From an uncultured bacterium (GTDB lineage Bacteria; Babelota; Babeliae; Babelales; Vermiphilaceae), in contig OY969561.1 of assembly GCA_963701085.1 (NCBI GenBank), positions 672,001-736,000 on the forward strand: DNA of 64,000 nt, written 5' to 3'. Shown here one piece after another: positions 20,370-30,916 of this stretch (position 1 is the stretch's first letter; the number at the start of each line of letters is the position of its first letter). The notes under the pieces were generated by a model that was not told the origin of the DNA, searched no databases, and saw only the letters and a program-made list of their open reading frames with translations. The position numbers were made by a program, and so were the translations under genes.

Positions 20370-23267
20370 CTAGAACGCCTGACCAAAAGTTAAAAACCAG
20401 GCAAAAGATCGATCCAGAGGAAGTGATTTGCGCCATTTCCAGCCAATATCAAATCGCAGTGGTCCTATCGGGGTAAAAATACGCACACCAAATCCCGTAG
20501 AAGCCAAAACATCTTGGGGTTTAAAATCAGCAAACATCGTACCACTCAGAGCGCCTAAATCTTGAAAAAGCACCGCACCTATCTTTTTTTTATACACCGG
20601 AATGCGCAGCTCTATATTAGCATTCACCATGGAGCGTCCTCCGCGTGGCACCACATGTTCTTCATTATCATCATCAATATATATCCCCAATGGTGGAGCC
20701 AAATCTATATCATAGCCACGCAGTGAATGAGAACCGCCAAGATAAAAACGTTCCGATGGCATAATCGCAGAAAATTCACGATAAAAAATATGGCCGCAAC
20801 GGAATCGCAACGCCGCAACAACCGTTTTTAACGGCATAAAAAATGATTGTTCACATAATAATTTAAAAAAAGCTGTATCCTTATATTTTTTCTTAAGCGG
20901 TACCATTCCTTTTAATGAAAACAGCGTAGAGCCTCCAGAGGTTGGATTAAGAAGATCATCGAGCCATTCGATCATAAGCGTTGGTTCACTAAAAAAAAAG
21001 GGAACTAACTTATCAATTAATTGCGGCTTAAAATCAATTGCATGTGCAAGCGATTCAGGATTATCCTTAATAAGCATCTTCATCCACTCAAACCCATTAT
21101 TAACGCTACAATCAACATGTTCTGATTTTTTTTGCACTCCTAAAAGAAAGCCATGCTGTATGAGTGTGTATAAATCATTAAAGCTCCCTATAAACGCTGG
21201 CTGATCATACACAATGCTGTACGCTTGCAATGTGGTAAAAAAAGGACAACGTGTAAACCAAGGCCGGCGATACCGTCCAACAATTTCCCTATGCGAGCGT
21301 GCAAAGTCGCAATCAAACCGAATTTGATCACCAACATTACCAGGATTTTTAATAAGCGCTGTGCCACCAAGTTTATATGTCAGTCCAGAAAACGTTTGGT
21401 ATTTACGCACGTGCTGCAACTCAAGACCAGCACGTGTTCTAATTTCATACCGGTCATCAAGATGAAGCTTCAACAAAACAGGTTTATTTTCTTGCGCCTC
21501 ACTGTAATCAGCTGAAAAATGGATTGATTCAAAAATTTCTAACTCTTTGAGCGATCTAAATGTTTGCTTTATTTTTGCCTGATCCCACAAATCTCCCTCC
21601 TTGTAACACAACATCCGCTCAATATATGGAAAAGGAAATGGGGAGCTTCCCAGTAAAACTGTTTTACCAAAACGCACTTTTTCACCAGGATCAACAACCC
21701 ACTTAATGGAGACATCGGCACCATGTGATTCAATAACCGATTTAAGACGAGGATGTAAATATCCCAATGATTGAAAGTGCTCAACCAACCACGCGCGTTG
21801 CTCATCAATAACTTTGCTCGTAAATGGCACTGCCTTATCACCAAGATCATGCCCACTAAAAGGACCTTGCTGATTAAGTTCGGCGTACCCCTCAACTTCT
21901 GCAGCAGTAATATATTTCTGCATTCCTTCATCGATAGTTATCGCTAACACACATTCATTTTCAATTGTCGTTGGTACAAATTCATAATTCACCACCGCAA
22001 AAGAGAGAAACCCTTGACTGAAATAATAGTTGGTTAGAGACGCAATCGCTTCATCATATAACTGGGCATCATAATAAGAATTCTTTAACAACTTACTAAA
22101 GCACTTTTTTTTTATAACAGCTTGCTTGCCAAAAGTTCCATTTCTTATTTCAACAGCTTTAATAACAGCTTGAGAACCTTCTTTTATAATAAAAAACGAA
22201 CGATCTTTTTCTTCCTGAGTTACTACTTCCGCTCTTAAAAACCCTCTGTTTTTATAAGCACGCACTATCTCTTCTGCCAACAATGAAGCCGGCAACAACC
22301 ACACCGATTGTCCAAATGCCAGAATTTTATCAAGCAACTCTTTTTTTGAAAAAAAACAATTCCCAAAAAAAACAATTTCTCTTTTTTGATGTATGGTTAT
22401 TTTCCATGTAACATTGACTACCGCATGACGATGATCAACATGTTGTTTACATTTAATGACACTATGGAAAAATCCTTTTTTTGCTAAATAATCTTTCAAG
22501 GCAACCATTTCACCGTTCAACTGCTTTTGAGTAAACCGTTGTGATAATAATGCATGTGAAATCTTTGTTTTAACAAGCTTGCACAACTCATCATTATCGT
22601 CAAGGATCCCATTGTTTCCTGTTATTTCAACACTCATCGATCCAAAACAAAAACGTTTATACTTTTTAATAGAAATATGAACTATAACTTCTTTTGTCCG
22701 ATGATCATACTCAAGGCTACTTAGTATGTTGCAATCAAAATAACCACTATTGATTAAAGATTCTTTAATTTTGCTCATAGAGTGATTATGTTTTGATTCA
22801 TCAAACATATCTCCTCTTTCCATAAGATAGAACTGCAGCAATGCATGCTTACCTTGATAAACATTATGAATTTTAATTTTTCTAAAAGTCCATGCTGCCT
22901 CAAAAGCAAAATGTAATCTAATGCCATCATTACTGGTAAAAATAGTTATTTTCACAACGGAAAATTTATTTTTTTTGGCACAGCGCTCAAGAGCGGCGAT
23001 AAGATATTCTTGGTCTATCTTATCACCGCTCTTACATGCAAACAGATAAAAAAACTCTTCTTGGGTAAACACCACATCTGATTCAAAAGAAAACTCGTCA
23101 ACAAGTAATGGTGTAGCAAAAACGGCACTAATCGCCTCTTTATCAACACCATTTTGGGATAAAACAACAACATCACGACAAACATTTTCGTGCTGGGCGC
23201 CAACAGACAGAGAGCACAATAATAAAAAAGAAATAATAACCTGGTGCCACAATGGCGATTGATTCAT
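20370..23267 (-). CDS. BamA/TamA (Omp85) family outer-membrane protein
   Basis: POTRA-like repeats; ERFYLGGSHSLRGY; GFGVRIFTPIGPLRFDIG; C-terminal FGQAF; start uncertain (23267 or 23315). Confidence 0.93.
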   Translation of the reverse strand: MNQSPLWHQVIISFLLLCSLSVGAQHENVCRDVVVLSQNGVDKEAISAVFATPLLVDEFSFESDVVFTQEEFFYLFACKSGDKIDQEYLIAALERCAKKNKFSVVKITIFTSNDGIRLHFAFEAAWTFRKIKIHNVYQGKHALLQFYLMERGDMFDESKHNHSMSKIKESLINSGYFDCNILSSLEYDHRTKEVIVHISIKKYKRFCFGSMSVEITGNNGILDDNDELCKLVKTKISHALLSQRFTQKQLNGEMVALKDYLAKKGFFHSVIKCKQHVDHRHAVVNVTWKITIHQKREIVFFGNCFFSKKELLDKILAFGQSVWLLPASLLAEEIVRAYKNRGFLRAEVVTQEEKDRSFFIIKEGSQAVIKAVEIRNGTFGKQAVIKKKCFSKLLKNSYYDAQLYDEAIASLTNYYFSQGFLSFAVVNYEFVPTTIENECVLAITIDEGMQKYITAAEVEGYAELNQQGPFSGHDLGDKAVPFTSKVIDEQRAWLVEHFQSLGYLHPRLKSVIESHGADVSIKWVVDPGEKVRFGKTVLLGSSPFPFPYIERMLCYKEGDLWDQAKIKQTFRSLKELEIFESIHFSADYSEAQENKPVLLKLHLDDRYEIRTRAGLELQHVRKYQTFSGLTYKLGGTALIKNPGNVGDQIRFDCDFARSHREIVGRYRRPWFTRCPFFTTLQAYSIVYDQPAFIGSFNDLYTLIQHGFLLGVQKKSEHVDCSVNNGFEWMKMLIKDNPESLAHAIDFKPQLIDKLVPFFFSEPTLMIEWLDDLLNPTSGGSTLFSLKGMVPLKKKYKDTAFFKLLCEQSFFMPLKTVVAALRFRCGHIFYREFSAIMPSERFYLGGSHSLRGYDIDLAPPLGIYIDDDNEEHVVPRGGRSMVNANIELRIPVYKKKIGAVLFQDLGALSGTMFADFKPQDVLASTGFGVRIFTPIGPLRFDIGWKWRKSLPLDRSFAWFLTFGQAF

Positions 23268-23509
23268 AGAAAGTACAATGAAGCTGGAATGGTTAACTGA
23301 TATTACAATACACACCTTTAGTGTACCAAAAATAAGAATATTTGCTTCTTAGCCCCGTACTCTTTGCACCTCTCATCAAACCCCCATCCTGACGCTCACA
23401 ATCATAATAAAAAGTAAAATTGTTTACAACTTGAATCTAATTACAATACAATTATAACTGTAAGTACTGTTTGGTTATTTTAATTAGCCGTAAACTATGG
23501 AGAATATCG

Positions 23510-25564
23510 ATGAAAAAAATAATTAAATATTCACTCATGCTGATTATTGGACTGGGTTCCCTACAAACATGTTGGGCCAGTAAAAAATGTAATGACCTCA
23601 TTCTTATTCTTGATCCCAGAGAAAAGGAAAAAACTGACGGAAAACATCTTGCTATGGCGGGTGATTTTCTACGTGCCCTTCAAGAAAAAGCCGCTCCTAT
23701 AATAATATCAAGCAACGTAGTAGAAAATTTTTGTTTTTGGAAAAATGAGTTCAAACAGATCCTTGATGATATAAAAATCGAAGCCATCAGTACAAAAGAT
23801 TTCAATAAAGCAATAGAAAAAGCTCAAATACTCTTAGATAACACCGACCAACCAAATAAACCGGATCCTTCTTTTGCAGCAGAACTTAGCTTAACTGACT
23901 TAAATGATAATGACTGGTACTGTTATGCCCACAAGCAAGCGAACCTTATGCTTTTAGCACCAAAAAGCTATGTTGCCAATCGCACGCAAAAATCAGCCGG
24001 CGATAGTAATGCTCAAATAAAAGAATGCGGGTTTAATATTGCCAACCTTGATAAAATCAACAATGTGTCTCCCGAAACGTTACTGAAATACATACAAACA
24101 AAACGTAGCCAGAAAAAAATAAACCTTCTAGAAGCGATTCAATCAATGTTTATAACAAAAAAATCAAACTCGCAAACTGATACTGGTTCATGGAATATTT
24201 ATATGACAGGCCACGGGGATCCTGCTTTGAAAAAAAATGGCGTACTTGCACCAGAAACTGCATATATTGCAGGAATGCCCTTTAATGAAATTGCACAGCT
24301 TATGAAGTTCTTTAATAACGATATAATAACATCGTTTGTGTATTATGCTACTTGTTTTGCTGGAGGATATAACCAAGCAACTGTAAATGCGATTTTATCA
24401 AAATTAAATGCTAACTTTATTGTTACTGCAGAGGGTATTAATGAAGCCTCCACTTCCGGCAGCTTGCTTGAATTCAAAATAAATGAACAAGGAACTAATC
24501 TAGTTTTATCCGACTTAAGATTCACTCATTTTTTTGGCATGCTTGAAAGTTTTTTTGGCGATCCAACGGGATTCATTAAAACGAAAATACAACAAGATGC
24601 TTTAAAAAAAGATCCTATTGGTGCAATTGTACGCAACCTCATTGATCCCAGCACCTTGCAAACAAATCAACCTTTTGTCCGTATACCTGCCGTCGGCGTA
24701 TTCAATGCCCTATCGGTTGATACATCGGTAAAAATTTTAACTAATGCAATTGCCAAAGCCCATGAACATGAAGGCCGCACCATTAATTTTAGCAATCCAG
24801 ATATAACAACAATTATTATGTACCCAACACATATTGGAGTTCCATTACAATTAAATGGGTTGACCGCTATTGTGTCACCAACAGCAATTGCTAAGAACAA
24901 TCAAACTACGCATATTTTTGAAAAAATTATAGATGCCTCCTCATTTAATTGGACTATCTATAATTTTGTACGCTTGAATAGCAGCTATTCAAAAATTACA
25001 TTCATTATTAAAAAATTAGAAACCTTTAATTATGAAAATTCAGGATTAAGTGCATATGATGATGAACCGATCACTATTGATAATATGACGATTCAAATTA
25101 CCGGAAAACTATCCCCTACAAAAAATGACCCGGAAGCATCTGCTATAGACTCAACTATTAATGTTACTTTTATTTTTAATGGAAAAACATACACCGCATC
25201 AGAGCATATTGAAAATCTTGCCGATAACGAAGAACTTTTTGACTTATTTAACACTTTACAGATATCGTCAACATCAGGCACATTAGCACCTATAATTACA
25301 AAAAAAATTGATAAAAGCTCTCAAGTAAAAAAACCTGGCGCATTAAAAAAGGTGCTTTTGCTCCAACAGCTAAGCGCGCTTGAATTAGCTACCAATCCCG
25401 AACAGTTAAAAAAAGAAAACGCTTATCGTCATAGAAATAATTTGGACACATTAAAACGCCAAATAAACCTCCTTCCAAACGATCAAATAAATCCTCAAGA
25501 GCGTGATGCAATAAACACAAGAATTTCTAATGTACAGGCAAGAATACGAAAAATAATACTTTAA
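23510..25564 (+). CDS. Exported hypothetical protein with a clan CD (caspase-like) His-Gly/Cys signature
   Basis: GGAG SD, signal peptide, motifs IYMTGHG and VYYATCFAGG. Confidence 0.7.
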   Translation: MKKIIKYSLMLIIGLGSLQTCWASKKCNDLILILDPREKEKTDGKHLAMAGDFLRALQEKAAPIIISSNVVENFCFWKNEFKQILDDIKIEAISTKDFNKAIEKAQILLDNTDQPNKPDPSFAAELSLTDLNDNDWYCYAHKQANLMLLAPKSYVANRTQKSAGDSNAQIKECGFNIANLDKINNVSPETLLKYIQTKRSQKKINLLEAIQSMFITKKSNSQTDTGSWNIYMTGHGDPALKKNGVLAPETAYIAGMPFNEIAQLMKFFNNDIITSFVYYATCFAGGYNQATVNAILSKLNANFIVTAEGINEASTSGSLLEFKINEQGTNLVLSDLRFTHFFGMLESFFGDPTGFIKTKIQQDALKKDPIGAIVRNLIDPSTLQTNQPFVRIPAVGVFNALSVDTSVKILTNAIAKAHEHEGRTINFSNPDITTIIMYPTHIGVPLQLNGLTAIVSPTAIAKNNQTTHIFEKIIDASSFNWTIYNFVRLNSSYSKITFIIKKLETFNYENSGLSAYDDEPITIDNMTIQITGKLSPTKNDPEASAIDSTINVTFIFNGKTYTASEHIENLADNEELFDLFNTLQISSTSGTLAPIITKKIDKSSQVKKPGALKKVLLLQQLSALELATNPEQLKKENAYRHRNNLDTLKRQINLLPNDQINPQERDAINTRISNVQARIRKIIL

Positions 25565-25592
25565 ACAAATAAGTAAGTTCATAGTAAATAAA

Positions 25593-25628
25593 TAAGCGTG
25601 ATGGTTTTCCCGCATACCATCACGCTTA
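25593..25628. terminator. Hairpin between convergent genes
   Basis: taagcgtgatggt...accatcacgctta. Confidence 0.7.
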
Positions 25629-25645
25629 CATTTTAAACAACTATA

Positions 25646-25924
25646 CTACTCCAAAATACGAAAAATTCCTCGATAATCCTTTTCCTTTAAAAAAGGCTCT
25701 ACCAATACATCTTCAGGTATATTAACTCCAAATCCCTGATGGATATTATCAAGAAAACCATCAATATTGTCTTTTGAGCCACACGCAATAATAACAATTT
25801 CATTCGGCTCAACAAACTGCACCGTACCTTCCACGTCTAATTTTCGCGCAGCAGTCTGAATGGAATCTCGTAACCATCGTTCTAACATCTTCGAAACCAA
25901 CGTAATTTTGAGACACTTCTTCAT
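25646..25924 (-). CDS. Acylphosphatase-like protein (degenerate active site)
   Basis: 92 aa; pattern LR...ARKLDVEGTV...EIVIIACG...FL...G...FRI matches the AcyP fold. Confidence 0.7.
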   Translation of the reverse strand: MKKCLKITLVSKMLERWLRDSIQTAARKLDVEGTVQFVEPNEIVIIACGSKDNIDGFLDNIHQGFGVNIPEDVLVEPFLKEKDYRGIFRILE

Positions 25925-26082
25925 TACTCTATCCTTTTAGTAAAACTTTTCGAAAAAAATAACAAATCAAGACTCTGTATGTCAAAGATTTTAACGTACT
26001 GCCAACCAAACAGTCTGGACTTTGCAGCTATTGCAGGTAAACTAAACAGATAAATAAGTCCACATAATAAGGAATCAAACCA

Positions 26083-27528
26083 ATGCAAAAAATTCGTGTA
26101 CGCTTTGCTCCATCTCCTACAGGCATGATGCATTTAGGCAATGTTCGTGCAGCACTCATCAATTTTTTATTTGCGCAGCAAAAACGCGGCACCTTTATTC
26201 TTCGCATTGAGGACACAGATGCTCAACGCATGTTTGATCCCGAGGCAAAAAAAATTATAGAAGACCTCTCCTGGCTTGGCCTTACCTATGATGAAGGCCC
26301 TCACATCGGCGGACCATATGCACCCTACTATCAATCTGAACGCACCGATCTTTATCAACAACAACTGGCTATTTTTAAAGAAAAAAAATTAATTTATCGT
26401 TGTTTTTGCACAGAGCAGGAACTAGAAAAAACACGTCTGCGACAACAAGCGCTCAAACTACCTCCGCGCTATGATCGCACCTGTGTGTCATTATCTCAGG
26501 CAGATATTGATCATCTCCTTGCACAAGAAACTCCATTTATTTGGCGCTTTAAATGTGATCATAACCTATCACTCATCATCACTGATTTCGCCTATGGCAA
26601 CATCACGTTTGATATGAGTAATTTTTCTGATTTTGCTATTACCCGACAAGATGGCAGCTTTACTTTTATATTCGCCAACTTTGTTGATGATCTTCTCATG
26701 GATATCACTCATATTTTTCGCGGGGCAGACCATCTTTCCAACACCGCCAACCAAGCTGCTCTTTTTCATGCTATAAACGCACCCCTACCAACATACTGGC
26801 ACTTACCAATTTTGGTGAATTTGGAAGGAAAAAAACTTTCCAAACGTGATTTTGGATTTTCATTGAGAGATCTCAAAGACGCCGGATACTTGCCTGAAGC
26901 AGTTGCCAATTATGTTTCTATTATTGGCGGATCATTTAAAGATGAAATTATGCCACTGGAAACTCTTGCTGCCAGTTTTAAATTTGAAAACATTAATTCA
27001 TCAAGCCACATCACCTATGATGTTGAAAAACTCAAATGGGTTAATAAATGCTGGATTAATCGCTACGAGCCGGAACAATTAACCACTCAATGCCGACCTT
27101 TTTTAGAAACTGCGTATGGTGAAAAAGTCAAAAATCTTGATCAAACAATACTCACAAGCCTCATTCAAATAATTAAATCAGAATTAACCACCACCGCTGA
27201 TGTAGTGGGTGCTCTTGAATTTTACTTCACCGAACCACACATGACCATTACTGACCTTGAAGCATGCATACCTCAAACGGCATATGCACCATTAAAAAGC
27301 ATTATTACCGAACACAAAAACCTTCTCTTAACAGCGCAAGCAGAATTTGCACCACACATAAAAAGCGCAGCAAAAGATATGGGCTTATCACTCAAAGAAC
27401 TGTTTTGGTTTTTGCGTTTAGCTATGATAGGTAGAACAAATGGGCCGGGAATTCACGAACTTGTTGAAATGTTAGGTGGAAAGCAAGCGCTTACAAGAAT
27501 AGAAAAAGCATTACACTTGCTCAGTTAA
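26083..27528 (+). CDS. gltX: Glutamate--tRNA ligase
   Basis: RVRFAPSPTG, HLGN, LRIEDTD, KLSKR. Confidence 0.97.
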   Translation: MQKIRVRFAPSPTGMMHLGNVRAALINFLFAQQKRGTFILRIEDTDAQRMFDPEAKKIIEDLSWLGLTYDEGPHIGGPYAPYYQSERTDLYQQQLAIFKEKKLIYRCFCTEQELEKTRLRQQALKLPPRYDRTCVSLSQADIDHLLAQETPFIWRFKCDHNLSLIITDFAYGNITFDMSNFSDFAITRQDGSFTFIFANFVDDLLMDITHIFRGADHLSNTANQAALFHAINAPLPTYWHLPILVNLEGKKLSKRDFGFSLRDLKDAGYLPEAVANYVSIIGGSFKDEIMPLETLAASFKFENINSSSHITYDVEKLKWVNKCWINRYEPEQLTTQCRPFLETAYGEKVKNLDQTILTSLIQIIKSELTTTADVVGALEFYFTEPHMTITDLEACIPQTAYAPLKSIITEHKNLLLTAQAEFAPHIKSAAKDMGLSLKELFWFLRLAMIGRTNGPGIHELVEMLGGKQALTRIEKALHLLS

Positions 27529-27774
27529 ATTTGCCAAACGATTAGGAAGTTTTTTAAGATTATGCACAAGGCCTTCTGCTTGAAAATAGTTCATGAGAGC
27601 TAAAAAAGGTTTTTCCGTTGAAACCGGCACAAAAAACTCAAACAAACTTGTTGCAGGATCAAGTGTACGATCAAAAGAGATATGTTCATAACTACGCAAA
27701 GCCGCGGTAACATACCAACATAACTCACGCTGAACCTGTGCTTGATAATAAGAACAATATAATGAAGATTCCAT
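27511..27774 (-). CDS. Small conserved hypothetical protein (DUF4911-like)
   Basis: LRSYEHISFDRTLD...FEFFVP pattern; GGAAG SD-like sequence upstream. Confidence 0.6.
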   Translation of the reverse strand: MESSLYCSYYQAQVQRELCWYVTAALRSYEHISFDRTLDPATSLFEFFVPVSTEKPFLALMNYFQAEGLVHNLKKLPNRLANLTEQV

Positions 27775-27912
27775 AATCTCTTTTTTTCTTCCTGGGCAAT
27801 GTGTAACGTTTATGCATATACTTTATCACAAATTAGCGCTAAAGTTGACTGTATTACATTAACAATGATATAAATAGATGATTTGTTTTGAAAAGCAAAA
27901 AAAAGGAATAGT

Positions 27913-29385
27913 ATGCTTCGCGATAAACAAAAAAAAATATCACAATCTTTACTGTCTTTCTTGATACTTACCGCAACCATAGCGCATATACCACTGCACG
28001 CTGAATTAACATCTCTTGCAAAAAATGATGCTATACCAATGTTTAGCACGCTCAACTTGGATGATGCACTCTTGCTGACTAAAGAACAGCTGCTTTACAA
28101 AGATTATGATTGGGCAGAAAAAAAACGTGATCGATTCAGAATCTCCATTTCCCCTTTTGCCCAAAATGCCGATCGCGGTAAAACAATCAAAGGATCCCAT
28201 TGCACATTGCCTAATCCATTTAATGATCCTTGTCAAAACCCCATTACTGATACCCCTCTTGGCGATCTTACCGGCAGAACCGGCATGATTGCATTATTAT
28301 ATGGCCAAAGACCCATCGGAGTAGAATTCTTACCTGGTGGCCCAACAGGTACATTATCCATAGCTCTCAAGCAATTATTTAACTTGCCTCCTGATGCAAC
28401 CATCAATGATGAAGTTGAAATTGACCCTGATCAAATTTTTGGCTTCTTTTCTTTTGAAGAAAAATACAGAAAACGTGGCGTTGCCTTTGAAGTGGCTGCT
28501 CGTTTTGCTAAAAATTTTGGTGCCCGCATACAAACACGCGTAAGCACTATTCGTCAAGTCTCTGAAAACACCATTGATTTAACACAAGAAAAAAATTCTG
28601 ATGGTACGCCTTATATGTTTGAAGGTCTTTCAGGCGTTGATGTTGATCTCTATCTTATGGATGAACTACACACCATTGCAAATGATATTGGCATCAATTT
28701 ATGTGACGATTTTATTAAAACTTCAATAGAAGAAATTCGTTTTAACGTATTCTGGCGACAAGCTTTTGAGGTTAACAAGGATGCTGAAAGCGATTGGGCA
28801 AAGTTTTTAATCATTCCTTATATTGAAGCAGGAGCAAGTGTTTCTCCGGGCAAAAAAGATAATGAACATAATTTTTTTGCCGCACCTTTTGGCAATAATG
28901 GACACACCAGCGTTGGATTCACCACCGGAATCAATTTTGATTTCCTCGAAACAATAGAAATTGGCGGAGAAGTTGGCTACACCCATTTCTTTAAAAAAGA
29001 CTTTTGTAATATGCCAATGCCTAACAGCCAGTTCCAAACCAACCTTTTCCCTTTTTCCACCGATGTTTCAATAAGCCCTGGTGATAACTGGTATTTTGGC
29101 GCACGTATTGCGGCATACCACTTTATAGACAACCTCTCCATGTACTTTGAATGGTTTGTTTTAGATCACGCAAAAGATGATATAGACCTTAAAAACCCAG
29201 ATCCTGCATTCTTGCCTTGTGTCCTTGAATGCACCACCAGCTTTAAAACCAAACTGGGCAATGCTGGCTTTAACTACGACCTCTCACCTAATATTGGGGT
29301 TGGCTTCTTGTGGCAAATACCGTTCTCACAGCGTAATTCATACAGAAGCTCAACATTAATGGCTGGTTTTAACGTAACATTCTAG
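27913..29385 (+). CDS. Putative outer-membrane beta-barrel protein
   Basis: Signal peptide ...PLHA; aromatic amphipathic strands; C-terminal MAGFNVTF; PFGNNGH motif. Confidence 0.75.
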   Translation: MLRDKQKKISQSLLSFLILTATIAHIPLHAELTSLAKNDAIPMFSTLNLDDALLLTKEQLLYKDYDWAEKKRDRFRISISPFAQNADRGKTIKGSHCTLPNPFNDPCQNPITDTPLGDLTGRTGMIALLYGQRPIGVEFLPGGPTGTLSIALKQLFNLPPDATINDEVEIDPDQIFGFFSFEEKYRKRGVAFEVAARFAKNFGARIQTRVSTIRQVSENTIDLTQEKNSDGTPYMFEGLSGVDVDLYLMDELHTIANDIGINLCDDFIKTSIEEIRFNVFWRQAFEVNKDAESDWAKFLIIPYIEAGASVSPGKKDNEHNFFAAPFGNNGHTSVGFTTGINFDFLETIEIGGEVGYTHFFKKDFCNMPMPNSQFQTNLFPFSTDVSISPGDNWYFGARIAAYHFIDNLSMYFEWFVLDHAKDDIDLKNPDPAFLPCVLECTTSFKTKLGNAGFNYDLSPNIGVGFLWQIPFSQRNSYRSSTLMAGFNVTF

Positions 29386-29457
29386 ACAGTAAGCCTAAAG
29401 TGCAGTATTATAGTATATAAAGCATTAAACCTCTTAAAGAAAGGCGATTGTTTAGCT

Positions 29458-29676
29458 ATGTCAAAACGATCAAACATCGAAATTTCTGTCAGTGGACACA
29501 TCGATAAAGCACTCAGACAATTAAAAAAGAAAATAGAACGCGAAGGTATCGTACGCGATATGAAACGCACCGTCTATTTTGAATCTACTACACAAAAAAG
29601 AAGAAAACGCCTTGTTCGTGCTATCAAACAAAACATGATGCGCATGATTACTGCAGGCACAGCACCTAAAGACTAA
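29458..29676 (+). CDS. rpsU: 30S ribosomal protein S21
   Basis: IDKALRQLKKKIEREGI..DMKR..YFES..QKRRK. Confidence 0.92.
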   Translation: MSKRSNIEISVSGHIDKALRQLKKKIEREGIVRDMKRTVYFESTTQKRRKRLVRAIKQNMMRMITAGTAPKD

Positions 29677-29681
29677 TCCCA

Positions 29682-30050
29682 ATGAGCAAACAACAGCAAG
29701 AAATAAGAAAAGCACAAAGAGAGTCGTATTTTTACCGAGAAATTTCTACCCTCTTTTCACGAATTACGATTGACGAACCACGTCTTAGTGGATTATTCAT
29801 AAATAGAGTAAATCTTTCTTCTGATGGTGGCACTTGTGTTGTTCTGTTTCTTGCAACAAATGGCAGACCTGAGTTTGAAGAAAAACTACAAACACTCATC
29901 CTTTATAAGCCATCATTACGCAGTGCAATAGCAAAAACATCCCATGGTCGCTATACACCAAACCTTATCTTCCGATACGATGAAGACCAAGAAAAAGCAG
30001 ATAAGATCAATCGCTTGATCGATAAACTAAAAGACGAAGGAAAATTATAG
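29682..30050 (+). CDS. rbfA: Ribosome-binding factor A
   Basis: DEPRL...INRVNLSSD...LRSAIAK...RYTPNLIFRYD. Confidence 0.88.
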   Translation: MSKQQQEIRKAQRESYFYREISTLFSRITIDEPRLSGLFINRVNLSSDGGTCVVLFLATNGRPEFEEKLQTLILYKPSLRSAIAKTSHGRYTPNLIFRYDEDQEKADKINRLIDKLKDEGKL

Positions 30051-30825
30051 TTCCTTACTATTTTTTTATCCCTTTCTTCTTATGCTGGGGATCATTTTTA
30101 AATGTTCTTGCATATCGATTAATAAAAAATCAGTCGATCATAACCCCTCGCTCATCATGCCCCCATTGCCATGCCATTATTGCCTGGTATGATAATATAC
30201 CAGTGCTTTCCTGGTTGCTCCTTGGAGGAAAATGCCGCAACTGTCATCAGCCCATTTCCCTGCTGTATCCATTTATTGAAATCTTAACCGCAATAGTACT
30301 TTCACTTTTATATATCTCTATTCCTCTTCATTACTTTTTTGCTTACTTCATATTTTTTTCTGCATTAATAGTAACCATCCGTTCTGACATAGAAACAATG
30401 CTCATTTCCCGCTTTGCAACAATTTTTCTTGTTCCTTTTGGATGCGGCATGAGTGCCTATGGCTTTCTGCCACTATCACTCATTGAAAGTATTTCTGGAG
30501 CAATGTTTGGCTATTTATTTTTATTTACTATCAATAGCATCTTTAAATACCTGCGCAATATAGATGGTATTGGTGAAGGTGATTTTGATCTCATGTTATT
30601 CATAGGATCATTCACCGGAATCTTTGGCTGCTGGATCAGTATCACTCTTGGATCTATACTTGGATCCTTGTACGGACTTTCTACATTACTTTTAATGAAA
30701 AACAATAAAAATAGTGAGTCACATTACAAACAACAAAAATCCCTTTTGGTCCATTCCTTGCTCTCGGCGCATTATTATTTACATTCGCCCAAAACCATAT
30801 TTTTTATTATCTCACAATAAGCTAA
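30044..30825 (+). pseudogene. pilD: Prepilin peptidase (A24) with a non-canonical start and a 3' frameshift (genuine or sequencing error)
   Basis: In frame upstream of 30203: GSFLNVLAYRL...PRSSCPHC...WYDNIPVLSW; then GKCRNC, SD and GEGD aspartates. The conserved IPFGPFL lies in another frame (from 30739 to stop at 30825). Confidence 0.85.
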
Positions 30826-30916
30826 ACAACGGATTTTTTAACTTTCTCTTGCATAAAAAAAAAGTAATTACTAATTTTGGATAGTAATCATTTTTTAAAA
30901 AAAAGGAGTCTGAATA

